The notes below the pieces were generated by a model. The model searched no databases. It was not told where the DNA came from and was given only the letters and a program-made list of their open reading frames with translations. Of a stretch of 64,000 bases of DNA, positions 9,488-18,605 are shown piece after piece. Origin of the DNA: Sphingomonas palustris. GTDB lineage: Bacteria; Pseudomonadota; Alphaproteobacteria; Sphingomonadales; Sphingomonadaceae. Within the stretch, counting starts at the first letter, position 1, and each line of letters starts with the position of its first letter. The position numbers were made by a program, and so were the translations under genes. Location: assembly GCA_026225215.1 (NCBI GenBank), contig JAMFSI010000039.1, positions 8,897 to 72,896 of the forward strand, written 5' to 3'.

Positions 9488-10623
9488 TCAGTGCTATGGA
9501 ACCGGTACACTTTCTTCTGGTCGATGATCTGGCGGAGAATCTCGTCTCGCTGGAAGCCCTGCTCAAGCGCGACGACTTGGTGCTGTTGAAGGCGCAGTCA
9601 GCGGATCAAGCGCTGGAATTGCTGCTGACTCATGACGTCGCGCTGGCGCTGCTCGACGTCCAGATGCCGGGAATGGACGGGTTCGAGCTGGCCGAATTCA
9701 TGCGCGGCAGCGAGCGGACGCGACATATTCCGATCATCTTCGTGACCGCGGGGAGCGCCGATAATCAGCGCCGCTTCCGCGGTTATGAAGCCGGTGCGGT
9801 CGATTTTATCCAGAAGCCGATCGAGGCGGATATCCTGCGCAGTAAGGCCAATGTGTTTTTCGACCTCTATCGCCAGCGCCAGCAGATTGCCGCCCAGCGC
9901 GACGAATTGGCGGTGGCGTCACAAGCGCTCCACGATGCGGATCGGCGCAAGGATGAATTTCTCGCGATCCTGGCGCATGAATTGCGCAATCCGGTCGCCG
10001 CGATCGGCGGCGGTTTGCGGCTGTTGAAGCGGCATGCGACCTCCGAGCCAGCCGAGGATCTGCGCGGCAAGATGGAGCGCCAGCTGTTCCATTTATCGCG
10101 TCTGGTCGAGGATCTGCTCGATATCTCGCGGATCAGCGAAGGCAAAATCCTGCTGCAAAAGGACCGCGTCGCCCTGGATACGATCGTGCGATCCGCGATC
10201 GAGGCGAGCCAGGCCAATCTCGATGCGGCTCGCCATAGCTTTACCGTCGATTTGCCGCAGGAGCCGATCTGGCTCCATGCCGATCACACCAGGATCGCAC
10301 AGGTCCTGGCGAATCTGCTCAACAATGCCGCCAAATATACGCCGCCTGGTGGCCATATCTCGCTTTCGGCGCGGCGCGCTGGTGGGCATGTCGAGATTTG
10401 CGTAGCGGACGATGGCATTGGCATCCCCGCCGAAATGCAATCGCAGATATTCCAGATTTTCGCGCAAGTCGAAGGCCATCGCATTCGCGCGGCGGGCGGT
10501 CTAGGCGTGGGCTTGGCCTTGGTCCGCCAACTGGTGGCGCTCCACGACGGATCAATCGCCGTGCACAGCGAAGGACAAGGGAAGGGCAGTCAATTTACGA
10601 TCAGACTGCCCATCGAAACTTAG
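9484..10623 (+). CDS. REC-HisKA-HATPase hybrid kinase
   Basis: LLDVQMP receiver; LAHELRNP H-box; NAAKYT, DDGIG, GLGVGL; ATGA overlap with cheB. Confidence 0.93.
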   Translation: MISAMEPVHFLLVDDLAENLVSLEALLKRDDLVLLKAQSADQALELLLTHDVALALLDVQMPGMDGFELAEFMRGSERTRHIPIIFVTAGSADNQRRFRGYEAGAVDFIQKPIEADILRSKANVFFDLYRQRQQIAAQRDELAVASQALHDADRRKDEFLAILAHELRNPVAAIGGGLRLLKRHATSEPAEDLRGKMERQLFHLSRLVEDLLDISRISEGKILLQKDRVALDTIVRSAIEASQANLDAARHSFTVDLPQEPIWLHADHTRIAQVLANLLNNAAKYTPPGGHISLSARRAGGHVEICVADDGIGIPAEMQSQIFQIFAQVEGHRIRAAGGLGVGLALVRQLVALHDGSIAVHSEGQGKGSQFTIRLPIET

Positions 10624-10650
10624 AGCGGGCAGCTGTGATCGAAATCCACT

Positions 10651-10744
10651 CCCGTCCATACTGAGCTTGTCGAAGCATTGCCTTGTTCTTCGGGTAAGAC
10701 CCAGAAAAGAAAGGCAGTGCTTCGACAAGCTCAGGACGGACGGG
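10651..10744. repeat. REP-like palindrome, type CCCGTCC..GAGCTTGTCGAAGC (copy 1 of 3)
   Basis: Inverted arms CTGAGCTTGTCGAAGCA / TGCTTCGACAAGCTCAG; also at 34793 and 37644. Confidence 0.92.
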
Positions 10745-10789
10745 AAAAGGGTCCGGGGTCGCGGTTAGCTGCTGCGCACTTTGGCATCC

Positions 10790-11010
10790 TTGCCATGCAG
10801 GGCTCGCAGCCGCCGAGTTGGGCACTGCGGATGCGGAGCGTTGCGAGCAGCTTGCCGCTGAGCAGATGGCGCGGGTAATTATAGTGCCGGTCGCCGTCAT
10901 CGGGGATTTATCATGCTCGGAACAGGCGGGGATGGGCGACGCCGTCTTGTCGGGCGGCGAGCCGCCTTCCTGAATGGTATGCTCCATGCGCAGCCGCTGG
11001 ATCGGTTGCG
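10790..11010 (-). pseudogene. frameshifted 5' fragment paralogous to the CMD/AhpD gene at 17994-18605
   Basis: One minus frame reads PDDGDRHYNYPRHLLSGKLLATLRIRSAQLGGCEPCMA (intact copy: PDDGDRHPNYPRHLLDGKLLELLRIRSAQLGGCEPCMA); 1-nt deletion near 10909; truncated beside the REP. Confidence 0.85.
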
Positions 11011-11078
11011 CGCAGCAGCGGAGCCTTGCCCCGCTCGTCCTAAGTCATTCCGCTACCCTCGCCGATGTCCATCCTGTT

Positions 11079-11094
11079 ATTCCAATAATGGAAT
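11079..11094. promoter_or_regulatory. candidate IclR operator ATTCCA-ATAA-TGGAAT
   Basis: Palindrome upstream of the acyl-CoA ligase operon; same motif at 16126 and 19468. Confidence 0.75.
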
Positions 11095-11252
11095 ATATAC
11101 TTTTCTATGTGGAATTGTGTGATTGACTCCAGGCTGAGTCAACGGCTTTGTGACTAGATCAGCGGCCCGGCGATGGGTGTTGTCGTTGACGACCGGGCGA
11201 TAGGCAGACAATTCAGAGCCACGCGGCGTGAACGCAATGGGATGAGGATGAA

Positions 11253-12836
11253 ATGAGCGGACAAGACGGTTCGTATCGGGATTTGCATCGGCCGCTGTAC
11301 ACTGCCGAGGTTCTGGCCAATGCGCTGAACAGCGGCGGCAGCCGGCCGCTGCTCCATATCCAGGGTGTCGCCACGCTGACGGTCGCCCAGGTCCGTGATG
11401 CCACCAGCCAATTCGTCCAAACGCTGGCGAGCCTGGGGGTCGGCAAGGGATCGCGGGTGGCGATGATCGCACCCAACCGTCCGGAATGTCTCCACGTCAC
11501 TCATGCGCTGCAATTGCTGTCGGCGATCTATGTCCCGCTGCATCCGTTGGCCGGGCTGTCCGATCACCTCCATGTGATCCGCGACGCCGAACTCGATATT
11601 CTCGTCTTCGACGCCGAACGCTTCGCGGCGCGCGCGACCGAGATTACTGCGGATATTGCGGGCATCCGGCTGTTGGCGCTCGGCGAAAGCCCGCTAGCGG
11701 ACGACATTTTCCGGCTTGCCGACAGCTTTACCCCGGGCCGACTGGCGCCCGCGCCTGAAGGCGAACATGATATCCTGCGCCTCGGCTATTCGGGCGGCAC
11801 CACCGGTAAGCCCAAGGCGATCCCCAGTTGCGCGCGCACTGGCGCTTACACCGGGCAGCTGATGCAATCGACCTGGGAATGGCCCAATCCGCCCATCATC
11901 CTCACTTGCGCGCCGCTCACGCATGCCGGCGGCGCGATGTTCATGCCGGCGCTGCTGCGCGGCGGCACGCTGCTGGTGATGAATGGCTTCGAGCCGGTGA
12001 AGGTGATGCAGGCGATCGCGGCGCATCGCATCAATTGCATGCTGATGGTGCCGACGATGATCTATGCGCTGCTCGATTGTCCGCGGCTCGGCGAGTTCGA
12101 TCTGTCGAGCCTGGAGACGGTGTTCTACGGTGCCTCGGCGATCTCGCCGGCGCGGCTGCGCGAAGCGATCCAGCGGATCGGGCCGGTGTTCGCGCAATTC
12201 TACGGCCAGGCCGAAGCGCCGATGGCGATCACCTATTTCAGCAAGGCCGATCACGACGTCAACGACCTGACCCGGCTGGCGAGCTGCGGCAAACCCAGCC
12301 CCTATATCCGCGTCGAACTGATGGACGCCGACTGCAAGCCGGTGGCCGAAGGCGAGCCCGGCGAGATCTGCGTGCAGGGGCCGCTGGTGATGGATGGCTA
12401 CCGCGATCCCGCACTGACCGTCGAAGCCTTTCGCGGCGGCTGGCTGCACACCGGCGATGTTGCGGTGCGCGATAGCGAGGGTTTCCTGCGGATCGTCGAT
12501 CGCACCAAGGACATGATCGTCTCCGGCGGCTTCAACATCTATCCGCGCGAGATCGAGGATATCATCGGTGAGCATGCGGCGGTGAGCCAGGTCGCGGTGA
12601 TCGGTGTTCAGCATCCGAAATGGGGCGAGGCGGTGACGGCGATCGTGGTGCTCAAACCAGACCAAAGCGTGGATCAGGTCGAACTGATCGCGCAAGTGGC
12701 CGAGCGCAAAGGCTCATTCCAGGCGCCCAAGTCGGTGATATTCGTCGATGCGATTCCGCAGACGCCGGTGGGCAAGCCCGACAAGAAGGCGCTGCGCGTG
12801 CAATTCGTGCGGCGCCGGTGGCATGAGCGAGCTTAG
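11253..12836 (+). CDS. AMP-forming acyl-CoA synthetase
   Basis: YSGGTTGKPK, FYGQAE, WLHTGD, RTKDMIVSGGFNIYPREIE, GKPDKKAL. Confidence 0.95.
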   Translation: MSGQDGSYRDLHRPLYTAEVLANALNSGGSRPLLHIQGVATLTVAQVRDATSQFVQTLASLGVGKGSRVAMIAPNRPECLHVTHALQLLSAIYVPLHPLAGLSDHLHVIRDAELDILVFDAERFAARATEITADIAGIRLLALGESPLADDIFRLADSFTPGRLAPAPEGEHDILRLGYSGGTTGKPKAIPSCARTGAYTGQLMQSTWEWPNPPIILTCAPLTHAGGAMFMPALLRGGTLLVMNGFEPVKVMQAIAAHRINCMLMVPTMIYALLDCPRLGEFDLSSLETVFYGASAISPARLREAIQRIGPVFAQFYGQAEAPMAITYFSKADHDVNDLTRLASCGKPSPYIRVELMDADCKPVAEGEPGEICVQGPLVMDGYRDPALTVEAFRGGWLHTGDVAVRDSEGFLRIVDRTKDMIVSGGFNIYPREIEDIIGEHAAVSQVAVIGVQHPKWGEAVTAIVVLKPDQSVDQVELIAQVAERKGSFQAPKSVIFVDAIPQTPVGKPDKKALRVQFVRRRWHERA

Positions 12837-13752
12837 CCACCCCCTCGCTGGCCGCGTCGTGCTGATCACCGGCGCGGGACGCGGGCTCGGACGCGCGCAT
12901 GCTCTGGCCTGCGCGGCGCTGGGTGCGCGCATCGTCGTCAATGACTTCGGCGGTTCGCGCGATGGCGTCGGCGCGTCATCCGGCCCGGCGGATGAAGTGG
13001 TCGCGGAAATCCGGGCGGCAGGCGGCGAGGCCGTGGCCCATGCCGGCAATGTGGCCGAGCCCGAAGATGCAGCTTCAATGGTCGCGCTGGCGCTTGATCG
13101 CTTCGGAGAGTTGCACGCTTTGGTCAACAATGCCGGCATTCTGCGCGACAGAAGCCTGCTTAATCTGACAATCGACGAATGGACGCAGGTGGTCGATGTC
13201 CATCTGCGCGGCACTTTCGTGATGACTCAGGCCGCCGGGCGCTACTGGCGCGACCAGGCCAAGGCCGGTACCCCGATCGCCGCGCGCATCGTCAACACCT
13301 CCTCGGGCAGCGGCTTGTTCGGCAATTTCGGCCAGGCCAACTACAGCGCGGCCAAGGGCGGCATCGCCTCGCTCACCGCGACCACCGCGATCGAGCTAGG
13401 CCGTTACGGCGTCACCGCCAATGCCATTGCCCCGGTTGGCAAGACTCGCCTGATTTCGGAAGATCCCGAATTCGTAAAACTCAAGGAAGGCTTCGATCCG
13501 CTCGATCCCGCCAATGTCTCGCCATTGGTGACCTGGCTGGTCAGCGAGGAGTCCGGCGAGATCACCGGGCGCACCTTCTCGGTTGCCGGGGGTTATATCG
13601 GCGTGGTCGAGGGCTATCTGCGCGGCCCCGGCATGCAGCACGACCGCAAACTGACCTTCGCCGATATCGACGCCGAGTTACCAGTGCTCGTCGCACAATC
13701 GCGGCCCCGCACCAGCGCGTATGAATCTCACCCCTATTCGGGGCGCGGCTGA
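12823..13752 (+). CDS. SDR, 3-hydroxyacyl-CoA dehydrogenase/MFE-2 N-terminal-like
   Basis: TGAGRGLG, NNAGILRD, YSAAK; start ATG 12823. Confidence 0.92.
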   Translation: MSELSHPLAGRVVLITGAGRGLGRAHALACAALGARIVVNDFGGSRDGVGASSGPADEVVAEIRAAGGEAVAHAGNVAEPEDAASMVALALDRFGELHALVNNAGILRDRSLLNLTIDEWTQVVDVHLRGTFVMTQAAGRYWRDQAKAGTPIAARIVNTSSGSGLFGNFGQANYSAAKGGIASLTATTAIELGRYGVTANAIAPVGKTRLISEDPEFVKLKEGFDPLDPANVSPLVTWLVSEESGEITGRTFSVAGGYIGVVEGYLRGPGMQHDRKLTFADIDAELPVLVAQSRPRTSAYESHPYSGRG

Positions 13753-14591
13753 TGCCACTGGACCTGTCCGCCGTCGGCCGTGAAAGCGGGCCTCATCCGG
13801 TCGAGTGGAATTCGCGCGATGCGATCATCTATGCGCTGGGCGTCGGCGCGGGGTCGCAGGACCCCTATCGGGAATTGGCCTTCACCACCGAGAATTCGAC
13901 CGGGATCGCCCAGCAGGTCCTGCCGACTTTCGCGCTGGTGGTGAGCCCGCGCCAGGCGGCGCCGATTGCGATCGGCGAGTTCGACCGCAGCAAGACCGTC
14001 CATGGCGAGCAGGCCTTGATCCTGCACAAGCCGCTGCCGCCCGATGGCAAGGGCTTTGCGACCAATCGCATCGACGCCATGTACGACAAGGGCAGCGGCG
14101 CGCTGGTGGTGCGCACCACGATGCTCACCGCCGAGGATGGGCGGCCGCTGGCGACGGCGCATATTGGCCAATTCATTCGGGGCGAGGGCGGCTTCGGCGG
14201 CGACCCCGGCCCCAAATTCGACTGGACCGCGCCCGATCGAGTGCCGGACCACACCATCTTGCAGCCCACGCGCTCCGACCAGGCACTGCTTTATCGGCTC
14301 TCGGGCGATCGCAATCCGCTGCACTCGGACCCAGCCTTTGCGAAGCGCGCCGGCTTCGAGAAGCCGATCCTGCATGGCATGTGCAGCTTCGGCTTCATCG
14401 GGCGAGCGATCCTGGCGCTGGCGGACCATGATCCGGCCCGCTTCAAAAGCATGAAGGCGCGTTTTTCCAAGCCGGTCATTCCCGGCGAAACGCTGCGCAG
14501 CGAATTCTGGATAGACGGCGGCGCGATCCGGTTCCGCAGCTTCGTTGGCGATCGGATGGTGCTGGATGGCGGCGAGGCGGAGATAGCATGA
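13752..14591 (+). CDS. MaoC-type (R)-enoyl-CoA hydratase, double hot-dog fold
   Basis: YALGVG, HGEQ, YRLSGDRNPLHSDP, PILHGMCSFG. Confidence 0.93.
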   Translation: MPLDLSAVGRESGPHPVEWNSRDAIIYALGVGAGSQDPYRELAFTTENSTGIAQQVLPTFALVVSPRQAAPIAIGEFDRSKTVHGEQALILHKPLPPDGKGFATNRIDAMYDKGSGALVVRTTMLTAEDGRPLATAHIGQFIRGEGGFGGDPGPKFDWTAPDRVPDHTILQPTRSDQALLYRLSGDRNPLHSDPAFAKRAGFEKPILHGMCSFGFIGRAILALADHDPARFKSMKARFSKPVIPGETLRSEFWIDGGAIRFRSFVGDRMVLDGGEAEIA

Positions 14592-14995
14592 GCATGAAAC
14601 CGGTCCCCATACCCACCCCAGAGACCCAGACCTTCTGGGATAAAGCGCGCGAGCATGAATTGTGGCTGCCGAAATGCGTTGATAGCGGGCAAGTGTTCTT
14701 TCCGCCGCGCGCCTTCTCGCCGTTCACCGGCGGAGCGGTGGCGTGGGAAAAGGCCAGCGGTAAGGCGAAGCTCGCCTCCTTCGTCATCGTCCACCGCCCC
14801 TCGCCGGGCTATGAGGCAGAGGCGCCCTATGTGATCGCCCTGGCCGAATTGGCCGAGGGTCCGCGGATGATGACCAATTTGCCCGGTGCGCCGGTCGATC
14901 CTGCCGCGCTGACCATCGGCGCGCCGCTCATCGTAAGTTTCGAGGCGCGCGGCGACATCGTCATTCCGCAATTTCGCCTGGAGGATGAGGCATGA
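14588..14995 (+). CDS. DUF35 Zn-ribbon/OB-fold protein (ChsH2-C/BbsA/PhlB-like)
   Basis: PTPETQTFW, C..SG..FFPPR, PYVIALAELAEGPRMMTNL; the zinc-ligand set looks reduced (only one Cys). Confidence 0.88.
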   Translation: MSMKPVPIPTPETQTFWDKAREHELWLPKCVDSGQVFFPPRAFSPFTGGAVAWEKASGKAKLASFVIVHRPSPGYEAEAPYVIALAELAEGPRMMTNLPGAPVDPAALTIGAPLIVSFEARGDIVIPQFRLEDEA

Positions 14996-16122
14996 GCGTG
15001 GTGATCGTCGGCGCTACCGAATCCGCACGGTTGGGGGTGGTGCCCGATCAATCGGCAATGTCGCTGGCTTGTGAATCTGCGATTGCCGCTTTGCGCCAGG
15101 CTGGTCTCACGATTACCGATGTCGATGGCGTCGCCGGCACGATGTCGCCGATCGAGATCGCCTTTGCGCTCGGCGCCAAGCCGCGCTGGCTCGACGGAAC
15201 CATGGTCGGCGGCTGTTCCTACATGCTCCATGTCCGTCATGCAGTGGCCGCGATCGAGGCGGGGCAGGCCGATGTCGTCGTTATCGCTCATGGCGAATCC
15301 GGGCGGTCGCGCGTCGGTGCGCCGAGTTACACCAAGAATCCCAGCGATCTGACCGGGCAGTTCGAAATGCCTTATGGCATCCTCGGCTCATACACGCGCT
15401 TCACCCTGCCGGTGATGGCCTATCTCCATAAATATGGCCTCGGAGAAGCCGATCTCGCCGAGGTACCCGTTGCCCAGTCGCGGTGGGCGAATCGCAATCC
15501 GCGTGCTCTAAGACCGGAGTTGCTGTCGGTCGACGACGTGCTGGCATCGCCGCTGATTGCGTGGCCGTTCCATCGGTTCGAATGCTGCCCGGTCACGGAT
15601 GGCGGCGGCGCGCTGGTGCTGACCTCGCAGGAACGCGCGGCGGATATGAACCTGCGCTATCGCCCGATAACGGTAATCGGCAGCGGCGAATCCTGCGAGG
15701 GTCCGGGTCCGGTGTTCATGGAGGATCTGACCAGTTTCCGCGCTTTCCGCGATGCTTCCGCCGCGGCGATGCGCACTTCGGGCGTCAGCCATGCTGAGGT
15801 CGATCATCTGATGATCTATGACGCCTTCGCGCATGTGCCGATATATGGCCTCGAAGATATGGGCTTCGTCGGGCGCGGCGAAGCGGTGGACTTCATTCGC
15901 AGCGGCGCGACCAGCCCCGGCGGTTCGCTGCCGATGAATACCACCGGCGGCGGTTTGCTTTATACGCATACCGGCATGTACGGGATGTTTGCGCTGCTCG
16001 AGGCGGTGCGCCAGCTTCAGGGCTGTGCCGCCGCTCAGCTTGACCAGGTGCGGACCAGCCTCGTGCTTGGCGCGGGCGGGATGTTCAGCGCCGCTGGCGC
16101 GGTAATGCTCCGTGCAGATTGA
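14992..16122 (+). CDS. SCP2/Ltp2-type thiolase-fold protein
   Basis: GGCS, ECCPVTDGGGA, IYDAF, NTTGGGLLYTH; coupled to the DUF35 gene. Confidence 0.9.
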   Translation: MSVVIVGATESARLGVVPDQSAMSLACESAIAALRQAGLTITDVDGVAGTMSPIEIAFALGAKPRWLDGTMVGGCSYMLHVRHAVAAIEAGQADVVVIAHGESGRSRVGAPSYTKNPSDLTGQFEMPYGILGSYTRFTLPVMAYLHKYGLGEADLAEVPVAQSRWANRNPRALRPELLSVDDVLASPLIAWPFHRFECCPVTDGGGALVLTSQERAADMNLRYRPITVIGSGESCEGPGPVFMEDLTSFRAFRDASAAAMRTSGVSHAEVDHLMIYDAFAHVPIYGLEDMGFVGRGEAVDFIRSGATSPGGSLPMNTTGGGLLYTHTGMYGMFALLEAVRQLQGCAAAQLDQVRTSLVLGAGGMFSAAGAVMLRAD

Positions 16123-16125
16123 AAT

Positions 16126-16139
16126 TTCCAATACTGGAA
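16126..16139. promoter_or_regulatory. candidate IclR autoregulatory operator TTCCA-ATAC-TGGAA
   Basis: Same palindrome as 11080 and 19468, directly upstream of the IclR gene. Confidence 0.75.
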
Positions 16140-16190
16140 TGAGTTTGCTATCGCTCATGAAATGTAAGGCTTGAAACGGGAATGCGTTGA

Positions 16191-17087
16191 GTGTCGGAAA
16201 TGTCAAACCCCACCAGCCGCGTGATCGACGTGCTGAATTTTCTCGCCGCTCACCCCACCGAAACCTTCTCGCTTGCCGAAATTGCTCGCCATGTCGGGCT
16301 GAGCAACGGCTCCGCACACCGTATCTTGACGACTCTGGCTGGCGCACAATTTCTGTCGCGTAACGACAAGCGGCGGACTTATTCTCTCGGCGTGGCGATG
16401 GTGGCGATCGGCCAGGCCACGGTCGAAAAGCATCGCGGCATCGAAGTCGCCAGACGCGAAATCGGCCGCCTTGCCGTCGAGCTGGATTTGCAATGCAGCG
16501 CCAACGCTGTGGTCGATGGCGAGCTGCTGGTGCTGGTCAAGGAAGGCAACCCGCGGTCGCATCGCGGTTTGACGCGGGTCGGCGAACGCCGCCCATTGCT
16601 GCCGCCGCTGGGGCTGTGTCACATCGCCTGGGGCGGCGATGCGGTGATCGAGGCCTATCTCGACAAGGCGGCCCCGCATTTGAGCGAGGCGGTGCGAGCG
16701 CATCTTCTTGCGGCTTTTCCGCTGATCAGACGACGCGGCTATGCCACGGCAGCCAATGGCGCCATCATCCTCCATGCCCGCGAAGCCACGATGATTGCCG
16801 CCAATCAAATTCGCGATCAGGCCTATTGGTCATCGGTATTCACCTCGATCGAGCATCTGACGCCGAACGAGGTGCAATTGTTCGACATCAAAGACGCGGG
16901 CGACGTCGGCGTGGGTTACATCGCCGCACCGGTGTTCTCGCCGGCCGGTACCGTTGCTTTTCAGCTGGTCATTACCGGGCTGCCGGCCGATCTCCGCACA
17001 AGGGAGATCGAGCGCTACGCGGAAAGATTATGCGCGACAGCAGCCTTGATCACGAACGAGACTCACGGGCGACCGCCAAAGGGCTGA
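16191..17087 (+). CDS. IclR-family transcriptional regulator
   Basis: RVIDVLNFL...SLAEIARHVGLSNGSAHRILTTL HTH; RRRGYA and IAAPVF effector-domain motifs. Confidence 0.92.
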   Translation: MSEMSNPTSRVIDVLNFLAAHPTETFSLAEIARHVGLSNGSAHRILTTLAGAQFLSRNDKRRTYSLGVAMVAIGQATVEKHRGIEVARREIGRLAVELDLQCSANAVVDGELLVLVKEGNPRSHRGLTRVGERRPLLPPLGLCHIAWGGDAVIEAYLDKAAPHLSEAVRAHLLAAFPLIRRRGYATAANGAIILHAREATMIAANQIRDQAYWSSVFTSIEHLTPNEVQLFDIKDAGDVGVGYIAAPVFSPAGTVAFQLVITGLPADLRTREIERYAERLCATAALITNETHGRPPKG

Positions 17088-17122
17088 CGCTGGGGATCGT
17101 TGTCGTGCCGGATCCAACCAAA

Positions 17123-17152
17123 CGGGCGGCGTGACCGCAATCACGCCGCCCG
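17123..17152. terminator. hairpin between convergent genes, probable terminator
   Basis: CGGGCGGCGTGA-ccgcaa-TCACGCCGCCCG, 12-bp perfect stem. Confidence 0.7.
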
Positions 17153-17161
17153 CTTATGGCA

Positions 17162-17977
17162 TCAACCCTCGGCCAATAGCTTGTGCTCGTGCGCCTGCCT
17201 GGCGGTATCCTCGCGCGGGGCGATGGCATGAGCGAGCACGGTCTCGGCGCGATTGTCGACGCCGTTGATCAGCCGGGCGCGCTCGATATTGCCGGGGGTG
17301 CTGACGATCCACACCGGGCCATCGGCGATATTGTCGAGCCCTTCGCGCGCTACAGTCTCGGGCGGTTCGGCCAGTTCGATCGGCATGCCGAGCCGGGCCA
17401 TCGCCGGGGTCGCGGTGAAGCCGATGTTGAGGTGCAGCACATCGACGCCCAGCGGCTTGAGTTCGGCCCAGAGCGCTTCGGAAAAGATCCGGCTGAAGGC
17501 TTTCGAGGCGGTATAAGCGGCCAGCGTCGGCGATCCGAGATAGCTGCTCAGCGAACCACCCAGGATGATCCCGCCGCGCCCGCGCTTGACCATCAGCGCG
17601 CCATAATGGCGGGAAAGATTGGCCTGGCCCAGCACGTTGATGGAAATCACCGACTGCGTGACGGCTTCGGGCAGTTCGGTGAACAGCCCGCGCGTATCGT
17701 TGGCGCCGGCATTGTACACGAGCAGCCCGACGTCGATGTCGTCGGTCACCGTGCGAATCTGGTCGAGCACATCAGGCTTGCTGAGATCGGCCGAGAGGAT
17801 ACGTACCTCGGCGCCCTTGCCGCGCAGTTCATCGGCCAGTTCTTCCAGTGGCGCGGTTTTGCGTGCGGTCAGGACCAGCTTGAAACCGTCCGCCGCCAGC
17901 AAACGGGCGAAAGCCGCGCCGACGCCTTCGGAGCCGCCGATCACCAGCGCCCAAGGGCCATATTTTTCGAGATTCAT
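17162..17977 (-). CDS. SDR oxidoreductase
   Basis: IGGSEGVG, YNAG, YTASK; start moved to ATG 17977. Confidence 0.92.
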   Translation of the reverse strand: MNLEKYGPWALVIGGSEGVGAAFARLLAADGFKLVLTARKTAPLEELADELRGKGAEVRILSADLSKPDVLDQIRTVTDDIDVGLLVYNAGANDTRGLFTELPEAVTQSVISINVLGQANLSRHYGALMVKRGRGGIILGGSLSSYLGSPTLAAYTASKAFSRIFSEALWAELKPLGVDVLHLNIGFTATPAMARLGMPIELAEPPETVAREGLDNIADGPVWIVSTPGNIERARLINGVDNRAETVLAHAIAPREDTARQAHEHKLLAEG

Positions 17978-17993
17978 CGGATTTCCTTCCCAA

Positions 17994-18605
17994 TTAAGAT
18001 GCTTTTTCCAGCCGCGTTTGGGCGCCTTGTGAATGGAGTTCTGCCCAGGTCGCGCCAACTTGTTCGGGGGCGTAGGGAATGATCGGATCGCTTTCCCCGA
18101 AGACGTCGATCGCATGCAGAAAGCGGTGCGTGCCGATCATGTGGCCGCAGGTCGATCCCAGTTCGACGATTTCGGCGGTAGTGAAATGCTGCGCCAGGCG
18201 GCGGAACAGATCGTCGCCGATACGGTGATGGTCGGTGGCGAGCAGATCGATGAATTCCAGCGCCAATCGTTCGCGGGTGCTGAGATCGCCGCGCAGGCTG
18301 GGGTCGGTCAGGCAAGCCACCACGTCTTCGGTTGCCCCTTTGACTTTGCGCGAAGCCATACACGGCTCGCAGCCCCCCAATTGCGCGCTGCGGATACGCA
18401 GCAGTTCGAGCAGCTTGCCATCGAGCAGATGGCGCGGATAATTGGGGTGGCGGTCGCCATCGTCGGGCACTGTATCGTGGTCCGAATAGGCCAGGATCTG
18501 CAACGGCAGGGCAATGCGAAACGCTCCGGACGCGATACCCGCCTCGAAGGTCGCGCGTTGCTCGGGTTTCAGCTCATCCCAGGGGATCGGTGCTATGCGG
18601 GGCAT
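17994..18605 (-). CDS. carboxymuconolactone decarboxylase / AhpD-like protein
   Basis: ELLRIRSAQLGGCEPC (CxxC), RERLAL, HFTTAEIVEL. Confidence 0.85.
   Translation of the reverse strand: MPRIAPIPWDELKPEQRATFEAGIASGAFRIALPLQILAYSDHDTVPDDGDRHPNYPRHLLDGKLLELLRIRSAQLGGCEPCMASRKVKGATEDVVACLTDPSLRGDLSTRERLALEFIDLLATDHHRIGDDLFRRLAQHFTTAEIVELGSTCGHMIGTHRFLHAIDVFGESDPIIPYAPEQVGATWAELHSQGAQTRLEKAS

Noticed and set aside
11694-12695. Long antisense ORFs over real genes (also 32148-33467, 39134-40354, 46931-48205, 53973-55592 and many others)
   Set aside because: Shadow ORFs expected at high GC; no motifs; they lie opposite well-supported genes
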